DNA of 64,000 nucleotides from Candidatus Thiopontia autotrophica. GTDB taxonomy: Bacteria > Pseudomonadota > Gammaproteobacteria > GCF-002020875. Of this stretch, positions 49,479-58,471 are shown in pieces. The stretch is from assembly GCA_014384675.1 (NCBI GenBank), contig JACNFK010000014.1, positions 1,213-65,212 on the forward strand, given 5' to 3'. The notes beneath the pieces are model-generated. The model was not told where the DNA came from. It saw only the letters and a program-made list of their open reading frames with translations, and made no database searches. Both the position numbers and the translations under genes were made by a program. Within the stretch, counting starts at the first letter, position 1; every line of letters begins with the position of its first letter.

Positions 49479-49958
49479 CTAGAAGTGGGGATTTTGTAGG
49501 TGAAAGAAGGGTGTATCTTCCCCTTTTTTACCATTTAGCCTCTCTTCAGCCTCGTTGAGGATATCAATCATCTCAATCTGAAAATCGTTAAACGGTATCT
49601 CTTTGCCTTTGGTGCTACCCCAGTGGTCACGTACAAACTTTCCAAGCCTGTCTGTGATCTGGTCAGCATCTGCGAATAGTTTTTTTCCATAAGCGACTGT
49701 TTCAGCAGGGCAATCGGGTTGGCTGATGGTTGATTTAATGTGGTCAGTCTCTACGGAGAAGTACTCTGATAGAGAGGTGGTGAATTTTTGCAGCTCATTC
49801 ACCAGGTAGGGGATATCAAAATGACCACTACCACAATGGCTTCTGATTGCCGATAGTGTCCCTAACAGACTGTGTTGCTCATCAAGAAGATCTTGATCCA
49901 TCTTTATCTCCAATATCAATGGGTTGTGTATGGTCTGGATGAGATTCCTACTTCTCAT
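49479..49958 (-). CDS. Hypothetical protein. The true start is probably the internal Met at 49901, and hemerythrin-like His/Glu spacing is unconfirmed.
   Basis: An ORF with no recognisable family by eye. Scattered H/E/D pairs (DEQHSLL, HCGSGHF, RDHWGS) are seen. Confidence 0.3.
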   Translation of the reverse strand: MRSRNLIQTIHNPLILEIKMDQDLLDEQHSLLGTLSAIRSHCGSGHFDIPYLVNELQKFTTSLSEYFSVETDHIKSTISQPDCPAETVAYGKKLFADADQITDRLGKFVRDHWGSTKGKEIPFNDFQIEMIDILNEAEERLNGKKGEDTPFFHLQNPHF

Positions 49959-50107
49959 GCCATCCTGTCCAAGGGTTTTAACTTTACTGTTTTAGTTGTT
50001 TATGGCCAACCAAAATAGTAGCTATTAATAGTAGTTTTTCAAAGTAAATTGCTGGCAGTCATGATGATAGATCGAGGCATCTGCTTAATTAAGGTACAAT
50101 TAGGCAG

Positions 50108-50608
50108 ATGCAAAATAGTTACCAATCTGTTGAGACGGGACTGAATCCGAAGATTCCCCCATTTATTGCAGCACCACTGAAAATGGTACCCAATGTGGTC
50201 CATACGCAGCTGTTGGTTGCGGTGCTTAACCATCTGTTCAAGCAGCAGCTGAGTGAGGGTGATCTCGATTTTCTGGAGTCGCGTACTGCAGTGATTCGCC
50301 TGCTGGATGCCGGGGTGGAGTTTCGTTTCACCAAGGGGCGCAAGGGGTTGGTGGCCCACTCCGGAGAGGGGCCGATTGACCTTGCTATTAGTGGTGATCT
50401 CTACGATTTTTTGCAGTTATCACTGGGCAAGGAGGATCCTGATACTCTCTTTTTCCAGCGTCGTATTCGGCTTGAGGGTGATGTAGAGTTGGGGCTGGAG
50501 ACCAAAAATCTTATATACGGACTGGATGTCGAGGCTCTATCGATTCCTGCCCCACTGCGCATGGCCTTTAACAAGGCTATGAGCTTCTATCAGACAAGAT
50601 CAAAGTAA
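50108..50608 (+). CDS. ubiT: SCP2-domain ubiquinone biosynthesis accessory factor UbiT (YhbT)
   Basis: EDPDTLFFQRRIRLEGDVELGLETKNL closely matches the E. coli UbiT block QDPDTLFFQRRLVIEGDTELGLYVKNL. Confidence 0.75.
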   Translation: MQNSYQSVETGLNPKIPPFIAAPLKMVPNVVHTQLLVAVLNHLFKQQLSEGDLDFLESRTAVIRLLDAGVEFRFTKGRKGLVAHSGEGPIDLAISGDLYDFLQLSLGKEDPDTLFFQRRIRLEGDVELGLETKNLIYGLDVEALSIPAPLRMAFNKAMSFYQTRSK

Positions 50609-50681
50609 CCAACCTTTTTTATCAGGAAATTTCCCTCGCTCCTCTACTGATTCCCCGGGGGATCCGATATACTTTCGCCCC

Positions 50682-51614
50682 ATGGCGCTGACCGACTATA
50701 TCCACACATTTGGAAGCACAATGCAGGCCCGTTTTGGCGAGCGGGTGCACAAGGTGTCGATTGATGCCGGCTTCACCTGCCCAAACATCGATGGCTCCAA
50801 GGGGCGTGGCGGCTGTACTTTTTGTAATAATATCTCTTTTAGCCCACATGGCAGAAATCCACGAACTGTTGCCGAGCAGATTGAGTCCGGCAGGCAGGTG
50901 ATTCGCAAACGTACGGGCGCACAGAGTTATATTGCCTATTTTCAGGCCTACACCAATACCTATGCAGACCCGGATGTTCTGGACAAGATGTATCGAGAGG
51001 CATTGGATGAGCCGGATGTGGTTGGTCTTTCGATTGGCACACGCCCAGATTGTGTCCCAGATCCGGTACTGGATCTGTTGGCAGGTTATCGTGAGGAGGG
51101 TTATGAGATATGGCTGGAGCTTGGTCTGCAATCCGCCTTTGATGAGACCCTTGATCGAGTCAATCGACTTCACTACTTTTCGGAATATCGTCAGGCTGTA
51201 AGGTCGGCACAACTGCGGGGGATTCAGCTCTGCACTCATCTTATTGCAGGACTCCCTGGTGAAAATGCATACCATTATCGCGAGAGCATGGAGCGAGTGC
51301 TCGAGTTGGGAACTGATGGATTTAAATTTCACCCTCTGCATGTGGTCAAGGGGACAATGTTGGCCAATGAGTGGCGCAGTGGGGATTTTGTCTCATTGAC
51401 CCAGGAGGAGTATGTGAACGTTGTGGTCAACTGGATTGAACAGGCCCCGAATAGCATGGTCTACCACCGTCTTACTGCTACAGCATCGGAAGATATTCTG
51501 CTGGATCCTGCGTGGTGCAGTAAGAAATGGCTGGTTCTCAATGCCATTGAGGATGAGTTGGCGCGCCGTCAGGTAGATACGGATAATCTGATATCACAGG
51601 TAAAAGCGGTATGA
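50682..51614 (+). CDS. Radical SAM protein of the TIGR01212 (YhcC-like) family
   Basis: CPNIDGSKGRGGCTFC cluster motif, typical of the YhcC family. 310 aa. Confidence 0.75.
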   Translation: MALTDYIHTFGSTMQARFGERVHKVSIDAGFTCPNIDGSKGRGGCTFCNNISFSPHGRNPRTVAEQIESGRQVIRKRTGAQSYIAYFQAYTNTYADPDVLDKMYREALDEPDVVGLSIGTRPDCVPDPVLDLLAGYREEGYEIWLELGLQSAFDETLDRVNRLHYFSEYRQAVRSAQLRGIQLCTHLIAGLPGENAYHYRESMERVLELGTDGFKFHPLHVVKGTMLANEWRSGDFVSLTQEEYVNVVVNWIEQAPNSMVYHRLTATASEDILLDPAWCSKKWLVLNAIEDELARRQVDTDNLISQVKAV

Positions 51615-52873
51615 GTACCATGCAGTATGACATTGTTGTAATTGGTGGAGGTTCTGCCGGCCTCAGTTTTGGCTGCTCATTGGCTGAGAGTGGTATTGGG
51701 GTGTTGATCCTGGAGCGACAGGATCTGGATTCGCTACAGAACCCGAAAATGGACGGCCGAGATTTTGCCAACACCCACCTCTCAAAAAAGGTTATGCAAG
51801 AGTTGGGGGTCTGGCAGCGCATTCCGGCAGAGGAGATAGCCCCATTAAAGGCGGCCAGAGTGGTGGATGGCGACTCTGATTATGCACTACGTTTCGATAC
51901 CAGTGGACGCTCGATAGATGAGCTTGGATATCTCATATCCAACCATGTAATTCGCAAAGCTCTTTATGAGCAGGTCTCAGAGGCGCGTAATGTAGAGATT
52001 CGTTGCGGTGTTGAGGTGACAGCCCTGAGCACAAATAGTGGTTCCGCATCAGTAACACTCTCTACAGGAGAGCAGATAGAGACAGAGATGGTGGTATCTG
52101 CCGACAGCAGATTCTCCGGTACGCGCAGAATGATGGGGATATCGGCAGATATGTTCGATTTTGGTCGCACCGCAATAGTCTGTCGTGTCACTCATGAAAA
52201 GCCCCACCATGAAACTGCCTATGAGTGTTTTCGTTATAGCCGTACTCTGGCCCTGCTTCCATTGAATGGTAACCGTGCCTCAGTGGTAATTACCGTCCCC
52301 TCTAATCAGGCGAAGCGATATATGGAGATGACAGTTGATGATTTCAACACAACCATCGAGGAGGGGCTGGGTGGAGAGTTTGGCAGAATGGAGCTGGAGG
52401 GCGAGCGTTTCTCATATCCGCTGGTGGCGGTTCATGCCAACCACTTTGTGGGCACCCGTTATGCTCTGCTGGGGGATGCGGCAGTTGGCATGCATCCGGT
52501 AACTGCACATGGATTCAATCTTGGCCTGCGTGGACAGAATACCCTGGCAACGGCCATGAAGAGTGCGATCAGCAGAGGTGAACCGTTCTATGGTCACTCT
52601 GTGCTGGGTCACTATGAGCGCCAGCAGATGGTTGCCAGTCGTCCCATCTATCATGGAACAAATGCCATTGTGCGTCTCTTTACCAATGATAGTGCCGCGG
52701 CACGACTATTGAGAAAGGCGGCACTGCGCTTTGGCAACAACTTCCCTCCGGTGCAGTGGGCAATTATTCACAAGCTGACTGAGGTTGGGGGGACAGGTGG
52801 GATCGATCTCCATTTGCTGGATGGAATTACCGAGCGGATCCCGAAGAAATTTCCTAAATACTCAACCCGTTAG
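51611..52873 (+). CDS. FAD-dependent ubiquinone-biosynthesis hydroxylase (UbiH/UbiF/VisC/Coq6 family)
   Basis: YDIVVIGGGSAGLSFGCSLA dinucleotide fold, and the DAAVGMHPVTAHGFNLGL motif typical of UbiH-family monooxygenases. Confidence 0.8.
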   Translation: MSTMQYDIVVIGGGSAGLSFGCSLAESGIGVLILERQDLDSLQNPKMDGRDFANTHLSKKVMQELGVWQRIPAEEIAPLKAARVVDGDSDYALRFDTSGRSIDELGYLISNHVIRKALYEQVSEARNVEIRCGVEVTALSTNSGSASVTLSTGEQIETEMVVSADSRFSGTRRMMGISADMFDFGRTAIVCRVTHEKPHHETAYECFRYSRTLALLPLNGNRASVVITVPSNQAKRYMEMTVDDFNTTIEEGLGGEFGRMELEGERFSYPLVAVHANHFVGTRYALLGDAAVGMHPVTAHGFNLGLRGQNTLATAMKSAISRGEPFYGHSVLGHYERQQMVASRPIYHGTNAIVRLFTNDSAAARLLRKAALRFGNNFPPVQWAIIHKLTEVGGTGGIDLHLLDGITERIPKKFPKYSTR

Positions 52874-52969
52874 GGAGCCGCTGAAAAAGCTTAATGGCTG
52901 GGGTGATCTGAATCAAATTTTGCTGTTATAGCATTCGATTCTGCAGGGTGAATCAACTACAATCCCCCG

Positions 52970-53968
52970 ATGGAATTGGTATGTCCGGCAGGTAATCTTC
53001 CCTCACTGAAAGCAGCGGTCGATAATGGCGCTGATGCGGTATATATGGGGTTTAAGGATGACACGAACGCCAGAAATTTTGCCGGGCTCAATTTTAATGA
53101 GAATAATATCGGGCAGGGGATTGAGTATGCTCACAGCCATGGCGCCAGAATGTTTGCAGCCATCAACACCTTCCCACAACCGAGCGGCTGGGAGCGCTGG
53201 ACCAGTGCAGTAGACCGTGCCGCCGAGGCCGGGATTGATGCAGTTATCCTGGCAGATATGGGAATTCTCGACTACGCAGCCAACCGCTGGCCTGATCTGA
53301 AACTGCACCTCTCGGTTCAGGGGTCGGCAACCAACTATGAGGCGATCAGCTTCATGCATAAAACATTCGGCATAAGCAGGGTGGTTATCCCCCGGGTACT
53401 CTCTGCCCCGCAGGTACGTCATCTTGCAGAGCACACCCCAGTTCCACTTGAGTTGTTTGGTTTTGGCAGTCTCTGTGTGATGGTGGAGGGGCGTTGTCTG
53501 CTCTCCTCCTATGCAACAGGCAGATCTCCAAACACCTATGGTGCCTGCTCTCCGGGTAGCCATGTGGAGTGGATTGAGCGTGATGATGGCGGCATGGAGA
53601 CCAGGCTGGGCGGTATTCTGGTGGACAGTTATAACGCTGGCGAGAGTGCTGGCTATCCAACCATCTGCAAGGGTCGTTTCGAGGTCCAGGGCAAGGAGGG
53701 GTACGCAATTGAGGAACCCACTAGTCTGAATACCCTGGAGCTGTTGCCAGAGATGATGGATATGGGGATTGCTGCAATCAAGATTGAGGGGCGTCAGCGC
53801 AGCCCTGCCTATGTGGCGCAGGTAACCAGGGTTTGGCGCGAGGCTATTGATGCCTGCAAACGTAATCCTGAGGCATTCCAGGTCAAGGATGCATGGAATG
53901 CAGAGTTAAGCAAGGTGGCGGAGGGGGCACAGACTACACTTGGTGCCTACCACCGTTCGTGGCAATAG
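52970..53968 (+). CDS. ubiU: O2-independent ubiquinone hydroxylase subunit UbiU (peptidase U32 family)
   Basis: MELVCPAGNLPSLKAAVDNGADAVYMGFKDDTNARNFAGLNF is nearly identical to the E. coli UbiU N-terminus. Confidence 0.85.
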   Translation: MELVCPAGNLPSLKAAVDNGADAVYMGFKDDTNARNFAGLNFNENNIGQGIEYAHSHGARMFAAINTFPQPSGWERWTSAVDRAAEAGIDAVILADMGILDYAANRWPDLKLHLSVQGSATNYEAISFMHKTFGISRVVIPRVLSAPQVRHLAEHTPVPLELFGFGSLCVMVEGRCLLSSYATGRSPNTYGACSPGSHVEWIERDDGGMETRLGGILVDSYNAGESAGYPTICKGRFEVQGKEGYAIEEPTSLNTLELLPEMMDMGIAAIKIEGRQRSPAYVAQVTRVWREAIDACKRNPEAFQVKDAWNAELSKVAEGAQTTLGAYHRSWQ

Positions 53969-53970
53969 AG

Positions 53971-54867
53971 ATGAAGATCTCACTGGGCCCAATCCTCTAC
54001 TTCTGGCCTGAGGAGGATATTAGATCGTTCTACCGCAAGGTGGCAGAGTCTCCGGTAGATATTGTCTATCTGGGAGAGACCATCTGTTCCAAGCGCCGCT
54101 CTCTTAATACAGACCAGTGGATTGAGATCGCACAGCAACTCAAGACGGCAGGGAAAGAGGTGGTGCTCTCTACATTGGCACTGCTGGAGGCTGAATCGGA
54201 GCTTAAAACCCTGAGAAGAATATGTGGCAATGGCGAGTTTCTGGTGGAGGCAAATGACCTTGCGGCTGTTAATCTGCTCTCCGGGCAGGGCGCAAATTTT
54301 GTGGTCGGACACTCGGTAAATATCTATAACCAGGGCACCATGAAGGTGTTGGCTGAGGCTGGAATGAGTCGCTGGGTTCTTCCGGTCGAGCTATCTCGGG
54401 ATACCTTGCGCGAACTGCAGGCAGAGCGCCCGGATTTGGTAGAGACAGAGGTCTTCGCATGGGGAAGAATCCCATTGGCATATGCTGCCCGTTGCTATAC
54501 AGCACGCCACTATGAGCTACCAAAAGATGACTGCCAGTATAGATGTCTGGCTGATCCTGATGGAATGTTGTTGAATACCAAGGAGGGTGAGCCGTTCCTT
54601 ACCATCAATGGAATCCAGACCCAGTCGGCACAGAGCTGTAATTTGTTGGGTGCAATGGAGGAGATGCGTGAACTTGGGGTGGATGTAGTAAGAATCAGTC
54701 CGCAGTCACAATTTACTCCAGAGATAATCGCCCTGTTTGATCAACTTCAGCGTGGTGACATATCCGTCAAAGATGCAATGGAGCAGGCCGCAAGTTATTT
54801 GCCCAATGGTGGGGTGGATGGTTACTGGCGTGGTGAGGCGGGGATAGCGCAGACAGAACCGGCCTGA
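53971..54867 (+). CDS. ubiV: O2-independent ubiquinone hydroxylase subunit UbiV (peptidase U32 family)
   Basis: MKISLGPILYFWPEEDIRSFY...VYLGETICSKRRS matches the E. coli UbiV N-terminus. The ATG at 53971 directly follows the ubiU stop. Confidence 0.85.
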   Translation: MKISLGPILYFWPEEDIRSFYRKVAESPVDIVYLGETICSKRRSLNTDQWIEIAQQLKTAGKEVVLSTLALLEAESELKTLRRICGNGEFLVEANDLAAVNLLSGQGANFVVGHSVNIYNQGTMKVLAEAGMSRWVLPVELSRDTLRELQAERPDLVETEVFAWGRIPLAYAARCYTARHYELPKDDCQYRCLADPDGMLLNTKEGEPFLTINGIQTQSAQSCNLLGAMEEMRELGVDVVRISPQSQFTPEIIALFDQLQRGDISVKDAMEQAASYLPNGGVDGYWRGEAGIAQTEPA

Positions 54868-54884
54868 CACTGAAGTCAGAATGG

Positions 54885-55757
54885 TTACAGGATGACACTC
54901 GCCATCTTGCGCCGCCATGTCCCTGCTACTGCCGGATCCTGGATTGATTCCAGTATTGCCAGCATCCCTTTGCGTGCGCCATCATCACCATATTCACGGT
55001 CTCTCATCATCAGGTTTAAGAGCTCACCAAGCGCACTCTCCGTCTCGCCGTCAACCACCATTCTGGCAGCAAGACGGTAGCGTGATGCGCTATCGTTTGG
55101 ATCTTTCTCAATAAGTGTCATCAGCTCATCTGCTAACGGGGCATCTGCAGCTGCTTTTACAAACAGAAGTCTGTTCTCAAGCTCCTTGATCTCCGGTGCC
55201 TCTCTCTCATTGACAGGGAGGGCGGCAACAGCCTGCTCAACACTCTCATAATCACCCTTGGCAAATAGTGCACCAATCAGGTCCATCCGTACCCCGGGGT
55301 TATCGGGATCCTCCTGATTAGCCTGTTGCAGAAGCGTGACTGCTTCGTCAACATTGCCTTGCTTGACCAGCTCACCAGCCTTGGCTCTTAATTTGTCGGA
55401 TTCACTTTCAATATGGTTGCCCAGAACCTTGCGTACATTTCCCTCTGGCTGTGCTCCCATAAACTCATCAACCACCTCTCCATTACGGAATATTTTTACT
55501 GTCGGAACACTGCGTGCATTATATTTTCCAGCTAGTGGCTGATTATCATCCACATTGACCTTTGCCAAAATGAATTTTCCACCAAACTCCTCGGCCAGCT
55601 TGGTGACTATCGGCATTAAGGTTTTACACGGATTGCACCAGGGGGCCCAGAAATCGACCATCACCGGAACAGTAAAGGATTTTTTAACTACCTCATCCTC
55701 AAAGTTGCTCTCATTTACATCAACAATATATGTTGAAGGCTGGTTGTCTGTACTCAT
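54885..55757 (-). CDS. cnoX: Thioredoxin-domain / TPR chaperedoxin (CnoX/YbbN)
   Basis: Thioredoxin fold with a WAPWCNPCK active-site-like motif, followed by TPR repeats. The start is taken at MSTDNQ (55757), giving a protein of about 290 aa like E. coli YbbN. Confidence 0.7.
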   Translation of the reverse strand: MSTDNQPSTYIVDVNESNFEDEVVKKSFTVPVMVDFWAPWCNPCKTLMPIVTKLAEEFGGKFILAKVNVDDNQPLAGKYNARSVPTVKIFRNGEVVDEFMGAQPEGNVRKVLGNHIESESDKLRAKAGELVKQGNVDEAVTLLQQANQEDPDNPGVRMDLIGALFAKGDYESVEQAVAALPVNEREAPEIKELENRLLFVKAAADAPLADELMTLIEKDPNDSASRYRLAARMVVDGETESALGELLNLMMRDREYGDDGARKGMLAILESIQDPAVAGTWRRKMASVIL

Positions 55758-55800
55758 TTTTCTGTTCCTGAAATTGTCCGGATAGTGGGTGTGGCGAGAC

Positions 55801-56178
55801 CTACTTGTCCCACCGCTTGAATCGTTTGCGGCAGTATGCCAGAAGCTCGTCATAACTGGTGAAGTAACGTCTGAAATGTTTCTCAGCCGGTTCATCATAT
55901 TCGCACCAATCGTTATCGTACTCCCTGCAGACAGTTGGGCGTTGGTCATAAATGGTGCAACTGCCACCGTTGCCGATGAATTGACAACGGTTATTTATTA
56001 TCAGAAACCAGCCATCTTCATCCTGATAAATCTCTATATCCCGATGGGCAATCTGCCAGAGCAGGGTCTGAAAGTCATCTTTGCTGCGTGGAGTATCAAC
56101 CTGTTGAGTAAAGTAACTGCAACATTTGGTTCCACTGCAGAAGCTACATTTGTTTTCTGTGGTGATTTTTGTCATCAC
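55801..56178 (-). CDS. YkgJ-family (UPF0153) zinc/iron-chelating CxxCxxCC domain protein
   Basis: CSFCSGTKCC motif plus further Cys residues. 125 aa. Confidence 0.55.
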   Translation of the reverse strand: MMTKITTENKCSFCSGTKCCSYFTQQVDTPRSKDDFQTLLWQIAHRDIEIYQDEDGWFLIINNRCQFIGNGGSCTIYDQRPTVCREYDNDWCEYDEPAEKHFRRYFTSYDELLAYCRKRFKRWDK

Positions 56179-56255
56179 TATTTGGAATACTGTCCGGGTA
56201 GAATGGTCAATAATATAGTTGGCCTACAAGAATACCAAACCAGAGGAGTTGATGG

Positions 56256-56495
56256 ATGAGAAGATTGATTGCGTTTTTTATGGTGCTGTTTGCATCTGGT
56301 GTAGTTGCAGAAAATGTGGTGCGTGACTATCCGTTTGAACAGGTTGCAGAAAACACATGGGTAATTCATGGGCCACTTGGGGTGCCAAATGTAGAGAATC
56401 AGGGGTTTATGAATAATCCCGGGATTGTTATAACAGATGCTGGTGTGGTGATAGTTGACCCTGGATCAAGTGTCATGCCAGCCACGCATATTTAG
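56256..56495 (+). pseudogene. N-terminal remnant of a secreted MBL-fold metallo-hydrolase (truncated after 79 codons)
   Basis: Signal peptide followed by TWVIHGPLGVPNVENQGFMNNPGIVITDAGVVIVDPGSS, which resembles an MBL-fold N-terminus. The ORF stops before the HxHxDH metal motif, and no continuation is found in other frames. Confidence 0.35.
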
Positions 56496-56534
56496 AGGTA
56501 GAGGCCAACGAGTTTTGATGTAGAATCAGTTTTC

Positions 56535-56705
56535 GATCTCTCGGGTGTCCTCTCTCCAGGTCTGGAGATGGGAAGAATCGGGAAAGCGGTGTAAATCCGC
56601 TACGTGCCCAGCGCTGTAATGGGGATCTCTCAACCAGAACCCACTGATCCTGTGATCGGGAAGGGGGTTGAGAGAGTTGAACCAGAGTCAGAAGACCGGC
56701 CTGAG
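56535..56705 (+). promoter_or_regulatory. Cobalamin (adenosylcobalamin) riboswitch upstream of bluB
   Basis: Conserved core GGGAAGAATCGGGAAAGCGGTGTAAATCCGCTACGTGCCCAGCGCTGTAATGGGGA and a B12-box-like CCCACTGATCCTGTGATCGGGAAGGGGG. Confidence 0.75.
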
Positions 56706-56764
56706 AGAGTAACAGGAGATGCCGTGGAGTGGCCTCTTCAGATGTTTTTCATAAGGGGACTATA

Positions 56765-57460
56765 ATGGAAAAACATGCTTTTTCAGATGATGAACGTGCA
56801 GCTGTATACAAGGCAATTTTTAATCGCCGCGATGTCAGAGGTGAATTTTTGGCAGATCCGGTGCCGGATGATGTTCTTGGACGGGTGCTCAATGCGGCGC
56901 ACCATGCCCCCTCGGTTGGCTTTATGCAACCGTGGGATTTTATGGTGATTCGTTCCATGGATGTGCGCAAAAGAGTTCATGAACTATTCAACAAGGCGCA
57001 TGCCGAGGCGACAGATATGTTTCCTGAGGAGAAGCAGGATACCTACCGTAACCTCAAGCTGGAGGGGATTCTGGAGTCACCGCTGAATCTGGTAATAACC
57101 TGTGACCGTTCCCGTACCGGGCCTGTAGTAATAGGCCGTACCCATATGGAGTGGATGGATCTCTATAGCAGTGTCTGTGCAGTGCAAAATTTCTGGCTGG
57201 CAGCACGCAGTGAGGGGTTGGGTGTGGGCTGGGTCAGCATTATGGATCCGGATGCATTGACAGAGACTCTGGAGCTACCGGAATCTGTGGTGCCGGTGGC
57301 ATACCTCTGTGTTGGTTATGTATCACAATTTCATGAAAAGCCTGAACTGGAGAAGGCAGGATGGCTACCCAGAATGCCGCTGGATGAGGTGATCCATTTT
57401 GACCAGTGGGGAGAGAGGGAGAAAGATACCGAATTTCTTGATGTTATACGGCAACTGTAA
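56765..57460 (+). CDS. bluB: 5,6-dimethylbenzimidazole synthase (BluB, nitroreductase fold)
   Basis: FSDDERAAVYKAIFNRRDVRGEFLADPVPDDVLGRVLNAAHHAPSVGFMQPWDF is the BluB signature. The ATG at 56765 has an AAGGGGA RBS. Confidence 0.85.
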   Translation: MEKHAFSDDERAAVYKAIFNRRDVRGEFLADPVPDDVLGRVLNAAHHAPSVGFMQPWDFMVIRSMDVRKRVHELFNKAHAEATDMFPEEKQDTYRNLKLEGILESPLNLVITCDRSRTGPVVIGRTHMEWMDLYSSVCAVQNFWLAARSEGLGVGWVSIMDPDALTETLELPESVVPVAYLCVGYVSQFHEKPELEKAGWLPRMPLDEVIHFDQWGEREKDTEFLDVIRQL

Positions 57461-57530
57461 CTGTTTTATGCGTAATATCAATGTGTTACGTTTGGTTGGT
57501 GTGGTAAAATTCGGCGCAATTTGAAATTGC

Positions 57531-58433
57531 GTGTGGAGTACAGTTATGAGTGACAGCAACCCCTTTGACCTTAATGATGATTCTGCCTACCAGGCCTGGC
57601 GTGAGCGCAAGCTGAGAGAGGCCCCTCAAGAGGTGGGTGACCTGATTGTCGAGATCAACGATCCGAGAACAATTACAAACTCCGAACATGATGCAATCCT
57701 TGATCGTGTGCGTCGATTCAATATGGCGGTCTATGTCAGCAATATTGGGGATATGGAGGGGACCCACATTCCACGTGCCGTCGGGATGCGCTTTGGCTGT
57801 AACAATATCAATCGTAATCGTGGTGCAGAGGATGATGGGGTAACTGCAATTACGATACAGGCTGATGAGATCCACTCACCCTATATTCCATACTCCAACA
57901 AGGAGATCCACTGGCATACCGATGGATACTATAATCGATTGGATCTGCAGAACTATGCACTGCTGCTCCACTTTGTACGTCCCGCTATGGAGGGTGGGGA
58001 GAATGCGGTGATGGATCACGAGATGGCCTATCTGCTGATGCGTGATGAGAATCCGGATTATGTCTGTGCCCTGATGCGTGAGGATGCAATGATCATCCCC
58101 AACCATGTGGTGGATGGGTGTGAGCTGCGCCCGGAACGTGCCGGCCCGGTGTTTCTGGAGACGGCAGCAGGAAATCTGCATATGCGTTATACCATGCGCA
58201 AGCGCAACATCATCTGGAACAGCGATCCACTGGTACAAGAGGCGGTTGCATGGCTGGAGAATCTGCTAAAGAGTGATTGTGATCAGATATTCCGCGCAAC
58301 CATGCAGTCAGGATGGGGCTTTGTCTCCAATAATGTTCTGCATGATCGAACCGGCTTTACCGATGATCCTGATCCGGCGAAGAAGCGTCTGATGTATCGG
58401 GCACGTTATTATGATCGTGTTCACAACACCTAG
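57531..58433 (+). CDS. TauD/TfdA-family Fe(II)/2-oxoglutarate-dependent dioxygenase
   Basis: HWHTDGYY is an HxD iron-binding motif, with a later His. 300 aa. The substrate is unknown. Confidence 0.6.
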   Translation: MWSTVMSDSNPFDLNDDSAYQAWRERKLREAPQEVGDLIVEINDPRTITNSEHDAILDRVRRFNMAVYVSNIGDMEGTHIPRAVGMRFGCNNINRNRGAEDDGVTAITIQADEIHSPYIPYSNKEIHWHTDGYYNRLDLQNYALLLHFVRPAMEGGENAVMDHEMAYLLMRDENPDYVCALMREDAMIIPNHVVDGCELRPERAGPVFLETAAGNLHMRYTMRKRNIIWNSDPLVQEAVAWLENLLKSDCDQIFRATMQSGWGFVSNNVLHDRTGFTDDPDPAKKRLMYRARYYDRVHNT

Positions 58434-58443
58434 GGAACCCGTC

Positions 58444-58463
58444 ATCCCAGCGAAGGCTGGGAT
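58444..58463. terminator. Hairpin between the convergent TauD-like and sbcB genes
   Basis: ATCCCAGC-GAAG-GCTGGGAT, an 8 bp perfect stem. Confidence 0.4.
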
Positions 58464-58471
58464 CCGGTGAT

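Noticed and set aside
56256-56495. Calling the 79 aa ORF an intact gene
   Set aside because: It ends before any MBL metal-binding motif and no continuation is found in other frames. It is listed as a probable remnant.
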